From Candidatus Latescibacterota bacterium (GTDB taxonomy: Bacteria > Latescibacterota > UBA2968 > GCA-2709665), in contig OZ244744.1 in NCBI GenBank assembly GCA_965219455.1, forward strand, positions 3,840,001-3,904,000: 64,000 nucleotides of DNA, given 5' to 3'. Position 1 is the stretch's first letter. Each line of letters starts with the position of its first letter. Both the position numbers and the translations under genes were made by a program. Below are positions 21,438-30,899 of this stretch, one piece after another. The notes below the pieces were generated by a model. It did not search any database, had not been told where the DNA came from, and saw only the letters and a list, made by a program, of their open reading frames with translations.

Positions 21438-23738
21438 ATGTCGCTTGCCAACCTGTCACCTCTGGCCCACAGCGCCCGAAGGGGCTCGCCAGAGCAGAGC
21501 TACCATGACCATGTGACCAATGTGCGCCGCTTCGCAACCAAGTTTGCTCGCGAAGCGGCGGCATATTCGGAAGGCTGTCGGGAACTCTTTCAAGCTGTGG
21601 TGGAGTTAGTAGCCACTTATCACGACCTTGGTAAGTTGGACGAGATCTTCCAAGACATTCTGCACCGCAACCGCCCCAATAACGAAGGCTTCAATCACGT
21701 CGAAGCAGGCACGGCGTATCTCAAGAAGCTAAAGCAGGGCGAGGCGGCGCTGTGCTGTTTTGCCCACCACATTGGCCTGCCGTCCCTGCCGAAAGAGAAA
21801 GCGAGGGGTGACGGACGGCTGTTTTTGCGTGACGAAAAAGAGTTAAACGTCATCGGGGTTCGGTCTTGGGAACGGACAGACGAACTGCTCGATGGCTATC
21901 TCGCCCAACACCACTCCCTTTTTGATCCGCAGTCAGCCGGTGTTTCTGTCAAGTTCACCGGCTTAGTCCGCCGCCTGGCTTTATCGTGTCTGGTGGATGG
22001 AGACCATAGTGATACCGCGCAGCACTACCAAGAAGAACGTGAACTGGACGGCCTTCCACTTAAGGCCGCTGATCGTTTGCAGGCCTTGGACCGCTACGTA
22101 GAAAACCTCAAGAGTGATCAGACCAACAAGTCCCAAAGAGAAAAGGATCGGCTTCGTTTGCGTCAGAGCATTTATAAGGCGTGCCGTAACAGGACACTTG
22201 AATCCACTGAACGATTTGTCGCCTGTGATAGTCCGGTAGGTACCGGCAAGACCACCGCCGTAATGGCTCATCTGCTGCGCGTCGCTTCCGAACGCGGTCT
22301 GCGCCGAGTGTTCGTAGTTCTTCCATTCACCAATATCATTGATCAGTCCGTTGAAACTTATCGTAGAGCATTGGTGCTGCCTGGTGAAGATCCTGAAGCG
22401 GTGGTCGCCGCTCACCATCACCGTGTTGAGTTTAGTGGTGAGAAATGGAGAGATTTGCGGCAACTGGCTCAGCGCTGGGAAGCACCTGTCGTAGTGACTA
22501 CAGCAGTGCAGTTTTTCGAGACGCTGGCCTCTAATCGGACGATCGGACTCCGAAAACTCCATCAAGTGCCGGGCTCAGCCATCTTCGTAGACGAAGCACA
22601 CGCGGCCATGCCGGCACCGCTGTGGCCTCAGCACTGGCGCTGGTTGAAGGAACTTTGCGATGACTGGAATTCCCACCTCGTTTTCGCCAGTGGTTCACTG
22701 TCGCGTTTCTGGGCATTGGAGGACTTCGTTCCAGTTGAGCAACAGAGTCCCGTTCCTGAACTCCTTACTGGGAAATTGAATGAGCAAGCCCACGCCTTCG
22801 AAGCCAGACGGATTTATCTCAAGAGCCGGGATGATCTGTTGGGTCTGACAGCATTGGCGGATTTTATCGTTGAAAAACCGGGACCTCGATTGGTAATCCT
22901 GAACACCGTGCAATCCGCCGCTATCCTAGCCAAACACCTATGGGATCAATTCTATCCCGGTTGTGGCTGGGCAGGCGAGACGGACTCAAGAGTAGAGCAC
23001 ATCTCAACGGCAATTTGTCCCGCACATCGTGCAGTGATTATCTCCCGAATTAAACAGCGTCTCCGAAACAGATGGGATAACGACTGGACTTTAGTCGCCA
23101 CCAGTTGCGTTGAGGCAGGAGTAGATTTCTCGTTTCGCACCGCCTTTCGTGAACGCTGCAGCTTGACGAGCCTTCTCCAAATAGCCGGACGGGTCAGTCG
23201 CAGTGGCGAATATTCTAAAGCTGAGGTGTGGGATTTTCGACATGACGAATCTGGTTTTCTGAATTTGCATCCCAACTACAAAAGTTCGCGTAGGGTATTT
23301 GCTGACCTATTCGAAGAGTACGGTGAGGATCTTGGCCCTCAGCACTGCACCGAAGCCTTACGTCGAGAAGTCAATTCAGGTTTTGGGAAAACAGAGAACA
23401 TGGCTCGGCAAATCGTTGCCGCTGAGAAAAGTGAAGATTATCCCCAAGTTGCCCAAGACTGCCGGATTATCACAGCGGACACGTGCACGGTGCTTGTCAG
23501 TCAGGAATTGATTAATCGGTTTCAAACAAGAGATCCTAAACAATTTCCGTCGCCCCGCGAAGTCATGAATTATAGTGTGCAGGTGTGGCAAAATAAACTG
23601 AACGAACTACCAGTCACCCAACTACTGGATTTTGAATTAGTTGGCATCCAACCCAACTGCTACAACGGCTTCCTGGGTTACATGCGAGGATTGCTTCCCC
23701 TGTTAAAAGCGCAGCATGATGGAGGAATCGTCTTGTGA
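21438..23738 (+). CDS. cas3: Cas3 HD nuclease-helicase
   Basis: AHS..YHDH, HDLGK, PVGTGKT, DEAH, EAGVD, QIAGRVSR. Confidence 0.92.
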   Translation: MSLANLSPLAHSARRGSPEQSYHDHVTNVRRFATKFAREAAAYSEGCRELFQAVVELVATYHDLGKLDEIFQDILHRNRPNNEGFNHVEAGTAYLKKLKQGEAALCCFAHHIGLPSLPKEKARGDGRLFLRDEKELNVIGVRSWERTDELLDGYLAQHHSLFDPQSAGVSVKFTGLVRRLALSCLVDGDHSDTAQHYQEERELDGLPLKAADRLQALDRYVENLKSDQTNKSQREKDRLRLRQSIYKACRNRTLESTERFVACDSPVGTGKTTAVMAHLLRVASERGLRRVFVVLPFTNIIDQSVETYRRALVLPGEDPEAVVAAHHHRVEFSGEKWRDLRQLAQRWEAPVVVTTAVQFFETLASNRTIGLRKLHQVPGSAIFVDEAHAAMPAPLWPQHWRWLKELCDDWNSHLVFASGSLSRFWALEDFVPVEQQSPVPELLTGKLNEQAHAFEARRIYLKSRDDLLGLTALADFIVEKPGPRLVILNTVQSAAILAKHLWDQFYPGCGWAGETDSRVEHISTAICPAHRAVIISRIKQRLRNRWDNDWTLVATSCVEAGVDFSFRTAFRERCSLTSLLQIAGRVSRSGEYSKAEVWDFRHDESGFLNLHPNYKSSRRVFADLFEEYGEDLGPQHCTEALRREVNSGFGKTENMARQIVAAEKSEDYPQVAQDCRIITADTCTVLVSQELINRFQTRDPKQFPSPREVMNYSVQVWQNKLNELPVTQLLDFELVGIQPNCYNGFLGYMRGLLPLLKAQHDGGIVL

Positions 23739-24388
23739 CACCAGATCAAAACTGCAAGGCTCAAACTGTGAGTCCTCCCGACCCCATCCCTCTCTCACTC
23801 CTCAACGACTTCCTATATTGCCAGCGCCGGGCGGCACTGAAGGCGATTGAGGGGTGGCGCGGGACCAACGAGCATACCGTGGTCGGCGACAGCGTCCACC
23901 AGCGGGCTGACGATTCCAGTTACGAGACCGTCAAGGGCGTGACACTATTGCGCGCCCTACCCGTCTGGTCGGATCGTCTCGGGCTCAGTGGCAGATGCGA
24001 CATTGTCGAGCGGCATCCCGATGGTTCGTTAGTTCCAATAGAATATAAAAAGGGCAAACGTCGCAAATTTGATAACGACGACGCGCAGCTGTGCGCGCAA
24101 GCCTTGTGCTTGGAAGAGATGTTTGGGCTCGAGGTCCCACGAGGGGCTATCTTCCACGCCCGGAGCAAGCGCCGGAGGGAGGTTGAATTCACAGGGGACC
24201 TGCGTCGGCTCACGGTAGAGGCAATTCAGGCGGTACACCGGCTGATCGAGGAAAATGAAGTCCCACGGGCCGTCTATAAACCTCAATGTACAGAGTGCTC
24301 GCTGTTTGACTATTGTCTACCTGAAATTACCAGCGTTCCGCCCACTCTCGCGCAGGCGGCTCGGGAGGTGTTTGACACAACAGGCTAA
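23735..24388 (+). CDS. cas4: Cas4 exonuclease
   Basis: YCQRR, PIEYKKG, QLCAQALCLEE, CxxCS..YC. Confidence 0.92.
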   Translation: MTPDQNCKAQTVSPPDPIPLSLLNDFLYCQRRAALKAIEGWRGTNEHTVVGDSVHQRADDSSYETVKGVTLLRALPVWSDRLGLSGRCDIVERHPDGSLVPIEYKKGKRRKFDNDDAQLCAQALCLEEMFGLEVPRGAIFHARSKRRREVEFTGDLRRLTVEAIQAVHRLIEENEVPRAVYKPQCTECSLFDYCLPEITSVPPTLAQAAREVFDTTG

Positions 24389-24430
24389 ATTCGCCCGGCT
24401 GTTGCGGGCCGAGGGGCTCAGTCGCAAATC

Positions 24431-25492
24431 ATGGCCATTATTCAGAACACCCTTTATCTGACGACCTCTGGCACCGTAGTACACAGGGATCATCTGACGC
24501 TTCGGGTCGAGATCGAAAAACAAACCCGATTGACTGTGCCGATTCACCACCTGGAGAGTATCTGTGCATTCGGGAGGGTCGTCGTTACGCCTTCCGCAAT
24601 GGCCTTATGCTGGCGACACCAGGTGGCGGTTCATTTTCATACCGAAAACGGGTACCTGTTGGCGCAGGTACTGGGCAGCGGAGACACCCGCTATCTGTTG
24701 CGTCGAGCACAGTACGCGGCGGCGGACAATCCGGAGGAAGCATCCCGGATTGCCCGCCAGTTCGTTGCTGGGAAATTGCAGAACTCGCGCACCAATTTGC
24801 AGCGGTCCGGCCGCGAGGCCGATACGGATTCGGATCGCGCGGAATTGGCCAGAGCGGCGAGTGAGCTGGCGCGGCTGATCCAGCAACTGGGAAATGCCGA
24901 ACCTTTGCCCCAAGATTCTGGGCTTCGGGAAGCGATTGACCCCATCAGAGGAATGGAGGGTCTCGGCGCCAGGGTATATTTCTCAGCGTTCCAGTATATG
25001 CTGAAACAGCAGCGGGACGACTTCAGGTTCTTGAATCGCTCTCGCCGTCCTCCTCGTGACCGCGTGAACTGCCTGCTGTCCTTCATTTACGCACTGGTGC
25101 GCCACGACTGTTTGGCGGCGTTAACGACCGCCGGATTGGATCCATTCGTCGGATGGCTCCACGCCACGCGGGCTGGAAGACCGGCGTGCGCATTGGATCT
25201 GATGGAAGAATTCCGGCCCTGTTTGGCTGAGCGTCTGGCGTTGACCCTGATCAATCGGCGACAGATTGAGCCAGGGCACTTTCGCGAACGAGAAGGCGGC
25301 GCCGTGGAATTTACCGACCGTGGCAGGAAGGAAGTGATTCAGGCCTGGCAGCGGCGCAAGCAGGCCGAGATAAAGCATGCCCTGTTTAAGGAAAATGTCC
25401 GTCTGGGACAGGTGTTCAGCATTCAAGCCCGGTTGCTCGCGAGGTACCTTCGCGGCGATATTCCCGACTATATTCCGTATATACCAAAGTAA
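24431..25492 (+). CDS. cas1: Cas1 (type I-C)
   Basis: QNTLYLTT, RSRRPPRDRVNCLLSF, ALDLMEEFRP. Confidence 0.95.
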   Translation: MAIIQNTLYLTTSGTVVHRDHLTLRVEIEKQTRLTVPIHHLESICAFGRVVVTPSAMALCWRHQVAVHFHTENGYLLAQVLGSGDTRYLLRRAQYAAADNPEEASRIARQFVAGKLQNSRTNLQRSGREADTDSDRAELARAASELARLIQQLGNAEPLPQDSGLREAIDPIRGMEGLGARVYFSAFQYMLKQQRDDFRFLNRSRRPPRDRVNCLLSFIYALVRHDCLAALTTAGLDPFVGWLHATRAGRPACALDLMEEFRPCLAERLALTLINRRQIEPGHFREREGGAVEFTDRGRKEVIQAWQRRKQAEIKHALFKENVRLGQVFSIQARLLARYLRGDIPDYIPYIPK

Positions 25493-25530
25493 CGCAGTGT
25501 GTCCACTTTTTGTTGTTTGAGGAGAGCGGA

Positions 25531-25818
25531 TTGAAACTGATCGCGTACGACGTTTCGACAATTGACCGGGCGGGACAAAAACGACTACGCCGCGTGGCGA
25601 GGGCCTGCAAGGATTTTGGAGTTCGTGTACAAAAATCGCTGTTTGAATGCCAGGTTGGTAAAACGGAATGGGCGGTACTTCGAGATCGTCTACTGACGGA
25701 AATCGACCATGAGTACGACTCCCTTCGAATCTATCACCTCGATGAAGACACCGGAAAGGAGACCGAGCATCACGGAATCAGCGAACCAGTGGACCTGTCC
25801 GGTCCGCTTGTCCTGTAG
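25531..25818 (+). CDS. cas2: Cas2
   Basis: (M)KLIAYDVST, RVQKSLFEC, DSLRIY; TTG start after GGAG. Confidence 0.9.
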   Translation: MKLIAYDVSTIDRAGQKRLRRVARACKDFGVRVQKSLFECQVGKTEWAVLRDRLLTEIDHEYDSLRIYHLDEDTGKETEHHGISEPVDLSGPLVL

Positions 25819-25998
25819 CTTGCGCGAACGTCAAGTGACGGAAATCTGCTGGTCTGTTCGCGCAAAGGGAAACCGTTTGTCTGACAACAGGTTGTCGAGT
25901 TTATCGACGGGTGGGTCAGCAATTCTACTCGTCTTTTTGATAGAATCGCGCATTCGGTTGTATAAACTGTTGTCTTTGTGCTGGTTGTAGCAACCAGC
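25819..25998 (+). promoter_or_regulatory. CRISPR leader
   Basis: Between cas2 and first repeat; inverted repeat TTGCGCGAAC (25820-25829)/GTTCGCGCAA (25856-25865) of the kind seen in I-C leaders; AT-richer. Confidence 0.75.
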
Positions 25999-26912
25999 AT
26001 CTCCCCTCACTCCGGTGGGGGGAGCGGATTGAAACTAAAATCCCACGTGCTGACAGTTGATAGCCCGCCGTATCTCCCCTCACTCCGGTGGGGGGAGCGG
26101 ATTGAAACGTTCGCCCGGACGCCGTCCCGGAAAAGGGGTGGCGCAATCTCCCCTCACTCCGGTGGGGGGAGCGGATTGAAACGCCTTCAAGTCCACGGGC
26201 GTTTCATTTACCGCCTGGCCGATCTCCCCTCACTCCGGTGGGGGGAGCGGATTGAAACCTCGAAGATGGCGAACTTCGCGTGATTATTCAGCGATCTCCC
26301 CTCACTCCGGTGGGGGGAGCGGATTGAAACATCCGACGTATGGGCCAGGCATTTCGCCGGAACTCGATCTCCCCTCACTCCGGTGGGGGGAGCGGATTGA
26401 AACATCAGGAATTGGCTGATCCCGTCTATGTCGGCTCTGGATCTCCCCTCACTCCGGTGGGGGGAGCGGATTGAAACCCGGAGCGTAAGGCTGTCAGACC
26501 TTCAAATGCCGATCTCCCCTCACTCCGGTGGGGGGAGCGGATTGAAACGGCGCTGCGATCGAGATTCAGAAAACGGTCAAGAATCTCCCCTCACTCCGGT
26601 GGGGGGAGCGGATTGAAACAGACAAAGAGCGACGCAGAAGGCCGAAAATCCCTGCATCTCCCCTCACTCCGGTGGGGGGAGCGGATTGAAACACTTTCGC
26701 TTTTCCGCAGGCTGACTGCACCACGTGCATCTCCCCTCACTCCGGTGGGGGGAGCGGATTGAAACTGACTTACAATGCCGCAAACCGTGATTATTCTTCG
26801 ATCTCCCCTCACTCCGGTGGGGGGAGCGGATTGAAACGTGGAAGACCGATTATGCCGAGATGGCCAAGAAGACAGATCTCCCCTCACTCCGGTGGGGGGA
26901 GCGGATTGAAAC
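25999..26912 (+). CRISPR. CRISPR array, 13 identical 37-bp repeats (family A) ATCTCCCCTCACTCCGGTGGGGGGAGCGGATTGAAAC, 12 spacers of 34-39 bp
   Basis: Repeats start at 25999, 26072, 26146, 26222, 26294, 26367, 26441, 26512, 26583, 26656, 26729, 26801, 26876. Confidence 0.98.
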
Positions 26913-27121
26913 CGGGCGGTAGCCACGTCCCATCAAGTTTGAGGTCGCTCTCCGTGAGGGAGCGTGAATTGAAACTCGCACCTCTCGCGCAGTTCGAGAA
27001 AGTCGCCAACGACCCCGCGGAATACTCCCATCAGAACAAGGATTGAAACCGTAGCGCGGTCTCGCTGCCTGTCATGCTGCCGAGCCCGGTGAGAATCTTC
27101 CATCGGAACAAGGATTGAAAC
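26913..27121 (+). CRISPR. Array extension with foreign repeats: one 32-bp family B repeat (26944-26975) and two 37-bp family C repeats (27013-27049, 27085-27121)
   Basis: B=GTCGCTCTCCGTGAGGGAGCGTGAATTGAAAC; C=CCCGGTGAGAATCTTCCATCGGAACAAGGATTGAAAC; spacers 31, 37, 35 bp. Confidence 0.85.
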
Positions 27122-27178
27122 TCCACCACTCCGCGTCCCGCGCGGCCACACCCACCCCAGCCCAGGAGCCCGAACCCG

Positions 27179-28660
27179 ATGGGCGCGATGGAACGCCTCA
27201 CAGCAGACATCCAGGCGCTGCCGCTCGACATCGGGCGGATCATCGTCGGCGGGGTCCTGTTTGTCTACTTCCTCAACACGCTCAGGCAGGCGCCCGACTT
27301 CAGCGATCCCGACGGCTTGATCGACCACTGCCTGGTGTGCCGGCTCTTCCCTCCCACCCGCGTGAGCCTCTTTCAGCCGGGGATGCCGGGGGTGCTGTTC
27401 CGCGGCGTCTTCGTCTGCGCGTGCGGGGCGGCGCTCATGGTGGTCGCGGGCTTCCATCCGCGCGCAGCCGGAGCGTTCCTCTTCCTGTCGGCGTTGTCCG
27501 CCCTGCGCTGGAACGTGCTGGCCAGCTACCTCGACGACGCCATGATCCACATCTTCTGCCTGTGGATCGTGCTGCTGCCGGTGGGGAGTACGCTGAACGT
27601 GCCGGATCTGATCGCGGGGGGTTGGGGAAGCGCAACCACCGACACCTGGATCTCAGCGACCGTCCCCGGGGCCGCCCCCCGCGCCTTCATCGCCAACATG
27701 GCGCTCATCTATATCGTCGCCGGACTATACAAGTTCACAAGCCCGATGTGGCGCGACGGCTCCGCGATGCACTCCGCGCTCCGCATGCCAATCGCGCACG
27801 CGCCAGACTTCTGGACGTTGCGGTGGCGCACCCCGCTCCGTCTGGTAACCTGGGCCGCGCTGATCCTGGAGCCCCTCTTAGCGCTCATCTTCGTGCTGCC
27901 GCCAGGCTCGGCGCTCAAGTGGCTGCTGGTCGCGGGGGCCATCGTCTTCCACCTCGGGATCGCGTTTACGCTCAAGATCCCGTACTCCAACTCGGCGATG
28001 CTCGCCGCAATCCCGCTCGCCCTCGCGCCCGAGATCATGCAGGGCTGGCTGGGGCCGCCGCCGCTGGAGGGGGCTGTCGTGACGGCCGGCAATGCCGCCG
28101 CCGCTAACGACGGCCCCGGCCCCGCCGGCTGGATCGCCCTCACCCTCGTTGCGCTGATCGTGATCCAGGTCGTCTGGGAGGCCGTCAACACCGGTCGCCG
28201 GCTCCGCCCCCGCTATTCGTCGAGCGGCTGGGACAACCCGGTCCGCGCCCTCCTCTGGATGGCCGGCATCTTCCAGAGCTACCGCCTCTTCGACTGGGTC
28301 GACGAACGCAACCATCACGTGCGCTTCGAGGTCACGCGGGTGGGGCCGGGCACCCCCCTCAATCCCGACGCCATCTTCCCCCAGACCATGCGTCACCTCC
28401 TTCTCCAGTCGTACCTTGTCGGCAACATCTGGATGCGGATGAGCCCCGACCAACTCGAGCAGGTCCGCCGCTCGATCCTCATCCGGCACGCCCGCCGCTA
28501 CGCCCGCACGCACCCTGACGCGGGCACGATCGAAGCGGTCGCGATCGTGCAGCGGGTCACCGACGAGAACCTCGAGCTCACCCGCGGGGAGCGGCGGCCC
28601 ATGATGCGCTTCACCTGCCGGGGGGGCAGCGCCGTCATGCATCATCCACGAGAGGAATAG
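27179..28660 (+). CDS. HTTM-domain membrane protein
   Basis: Multiple TM helices, LIYIVAGLYKFTSPMWRDGSA, FHLGIA; visibly higher GC than the cas operon. Confidence 0.7.
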   Translation: MGAMERLTADIQALPLDIGRIIVGGVLFVYFLNTLRQAPDFSDPDGLIDHCLVCRLFPPTRVSLFQPGMPGVLFRGVFVCACGAALMVVAGFHPRAAGAFLFLSALSALRWNVLASYLDDAMIHIFCLWIVLLPVGSTLNVPDLIAGGWGSATTDTWISATVPGAAPRAFIANMALIYIVAGLYKFTSPMWRDGSAMHSALRMPIAHAPDFWTLRWRTPLRLVTWAALILEPLLALIFVLPPGSALKWLLVAGAIVFHLGIAFTLKIPYSNSAMLAAIPLALAPEIMQGWLGPPPLEGAVVTAGNAAAANDGPGPAGWIALTLVALIVIQVVWEAVNTGRRLRPRYSSSGWDNPVRALLWMAGIFQSYRLFDWVDERNHHVRFEVTRVGPGTPLNPDAIFPQTMRHLLLQSYLVGNIWMRMSPDQLEQVRRSILIRHARRYARTHPDAGTIEAVAIVQRVTDENLELTRGERRPMMRFTCRGGSAVMHHPREE

Positions 28661-28669
28661 GGGGCGGCC

Positions 28670-30568
28670 ATGTGCGGCATTGCAGCGATCCTGTCCCGCA
28701 ACGGGCCCGTCGACGCGGGAGCCCTCCGCCGCGCCACCGGGGCCTTGCGGCATCGTGGGCCGGACGCGGAGCGTACCTGGGTTTCTCCGAGCGGCAGGAT
28801 CGGGCTGGGTCACCGGCTCCTCGTGATCAACGACCCCGAGGGCCACCAGCCGATCGCGAGCGAGGACGGGCGGCTGCACATCGTCGTCAACGGCCAGTTC
28901 TACGACTTCGCGCGCATCCGTACGTCACTCGAAGCCCGGGGGCACCGTTTCCGCACCCGCTCCGACAGCGAGATCGCGCTGCACCTCTACGAGGACCACG
29001 GCGCAGCGTGCCTGGAGCACCTGCGCGGCCAGTTTGCCTTCGTGGTCTGGGACGAGGAGACCGGCAACCTCTTCGCGGCGCGCGACCGCTTCGGCCTCAA
29101 GCCGCTCTTCTACACCGAACACGACGGTGCGCTCTACCTCGCGTCCGAGGCGAAGGCACTCTTCGCGGCGGGGGTGCCCCGCGCGTGGGACACCCAGGGC
29201 GTGTATCACTGGCTGCTCGCCTGCCCGGATGAGCGGCGGTCGCTCTTCGACGGGATCCGGCAGGTGCCGCCCGGGCACTTGATGAGGGCCAGTAACGGAT
29301 CAGTGCGGCTGCAGGGCTACTGGGACCTGCCGGCGTCGCCGCCGGGGGGGCGAGATGCCCCCGACTTCCCCCGCGCCGTCGAGCACGCCCGCGAACTCAC
29401 CGAGGAGGCGATCCGGCTGCGCATGGTAGCCGGGGTCCCCGTCGGCTGCCTGATCAGCGGCGGCCTCGATTCCTCTTCCGTCCTGGCCGTGGCGGCCACC
29501 TGCACGGACCGCCCGGTCGCCGCCTTCACGGTCGGGTTCGAGCGGCGCGAATTCGACGAGAGCCCGGGGGCACGGGAAGCGGCCGCCGCCGCCAACGCCG
29601 ACCACACCGTCGTCACGCTCAGCGACGCCGACCTGGCCGATCACTTCGCCGACGCCGTGTGGCACGCCGAGACGCTTCAGTTCAACACCCACGGCGCGGC
29701 GCGCTACCTGCTGAGCCGGGGCGTGCGCGACGCAGGCTACCGCTCGGTCCTCGCAGGCGAGGGCGCCGACGAGGCCTTCTTCGGCTACGAGTTCCTGCTC
29801 GCGGCGGCTGGTGCATCCCGCGGCGGATTCGGTCCGCGCAAGCTGCTGCGCATCCTGTCGGGATTCCTGCGCTCCCCCCGGCGCCACCACCCTACCCTGG
29901 CCGCCGTCTCCCCCTGGCTCGCCCGCCTCGCCCTCCTCCTCCCGGCGGCCCCCTCGCTCTTTACGCGGCTCTCGGGTGGACTCGGCCTCATCCAGTCGGT
30001 CTGCTCACGCGACTTCCTGCACCGCTTCGACGGCTACGACCCCTACCGCACCTATTACCTCCGCTGCAAGGAGGCCGCCGCCATCTCCCGGCGCGAACCG
30101 GCCCGGCAGCTCCTCTACCTCTGGCTGCACTCGATCTTCGCCAACTACCACATGGCCGCCGACCGGCTCGACATGGCGCACGGCGTCGAAGTCCGCCTCC
30201 CCTTCCTCGACCACCACCTCTTCGAGCACCTGAACCGCCTCCCGCTCGCCCTCCTCACCGACCATCCCCGCGAAAAGCACCTCCTGCGCGAGGCCATGCG
30301 CCCCCACATCCCGGACTCGGTGTACGGGGCGGTGAAGCGACCGTTCATGGCGCCATCGGCGGTTGGGGTGGACGGGCCGCTGCACGATTTTCTGCAGGAC
30401 ACGTTGCGGGGGGAGGGGCTGCGGGCCGTGCCGTTCGTGGATGCGGCGGCGGTGGGGGGCGTGCTGGACGGGCTGCCGCAGGTGGGTGAGCGGGAGCGCG
30501 GGTCGGTGGATTCGCTGCTGTTGATGCTGGCTTCAGTGGCGGTGTTGCAGGAGCGGTGGGGGTTGTAA
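28670..30568 (+). CDS. asnB: Asparagine synthase (glutamine-hydrolysing) family amidotransferase
   Basis: MCGI, HRGPD, RDRFGLKPL, SGGLDSS, GEGADE, EVRLPFLD. Confidence 0.9.
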   Translation: MCGIAAILSRNGPVDAGALRRATGALRHRGPDAERTWVSPSGRIGLGHRLLVINDPEGHQPIASEDGRLHIVVNGQFYDFARIRTSLEARGHRFRTRSDSEIALHLYEDHGAACLEHLRGQFAFVVWDEETGNLFAARDRFGLKPLFYTEHDGALYLASEAKALFAAGVPRAWDTQGVYHWLLACPDERRSLFDGIRQVPPGHLMRASNGSVRLQGYWDLPASPPGGRDAPDFPRAVEHARELTEEAIRLRMVAGVPVGCLISGGLDSSSVLAVAATCTDRPVAAFTVGFERREFDESPGAREAAAAANADHTVVTLSDADLADHFADAVWHAETLQFNTHGAARYLLSRGVRDAGYRSVLAGEGADEAFFGYEFLLAAAGASRGGFGPRKLLRILSGFLRSPRRHHPTLAAVSPWLARLALLLPAAPSLFTRLSGGLGLIQSVCSRDFLHRFDGYDPYRTYYLRCKEAAAISRREPARQLLYLWLHSIFANYHMAADRLDMAHGVEVRLPFLDHHLFEHLNRLPLALLTDHPREKHLLREAMRPHIPDSVYGAVKRPFMAPSAVGVDGPLHDFLQDTLRGEGLRAVPFVDAAAVGGVLDGLPQVGERERGSVDSLLLMLASVAVLQERWGL

Positions 30569-30683
30569 GGGATCGCTTGGTGGGCCAAAATGTAAGACAG
30601 ACCTTACAGAATGTCGTGTTTGTTGTACATGTCGCTTGCGTCCGACGCTGGACGACTTAACATAAGCAGCTTATGTTATTGAC

Positions 30684-30875
30684 ATGGACAACACAATCCG
30701 AAGTTATCTCGCCGAAATCGGTCGGAGAGGCGGCAGGAAGAGTCGTCGCACTCTGGACCCGGAGACCGCCAGGGCCATGGTCCGCGTCCGCGAGGCCCGG
30801 CGGGCGTATCGCAAGTACAACGCCACATGTTTCTGGTCCTACCGCAAGGATCTGAGTATCGGCCTGACCGATGTG
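30684..30875 (+). pseudogene. Small basic protein truncated by a family C repeat
   Basis: MDNTIRSYLAEIGRRGGRKSRR...CFWSY runs into the repeat-encoded PGENLPSE. Confidence 0.5.
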
Positions 30876-30899
30876 CCTGGTGAGAATCTTCCATCAGAA
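30876..30899 (+). repeat. 5' 24 bp of a family C repeat, interrupted by an IS end
   Basis: CCTGGTGAGAATCTTCCATCAGAA followed directly by TGTCAA. Confidence 0.8.

Noticed and set aside
26036-26875. Self-targeting spacers
   Set aside because: No match within the window noticed by eye; needs a real search, so no claim is made.
25925-27046. ORFs across the CRISPR array
   Set aside because: Translations of repeats and spacers.
27115-30489. Long alternative-frame ORFs over HTTM/AsnB (also over DUF4432 and the amidase/AKR genes)
   Set aside because: Arg/Pro-rich artefacts of high GC overlapping better-supported genes.
28670-30568. AsnB as a lasso-peptide cyclase
   Set aside because: It retains the N-terminal Cys glutaminase motif, and no B protein or precursor peptide is nearby.
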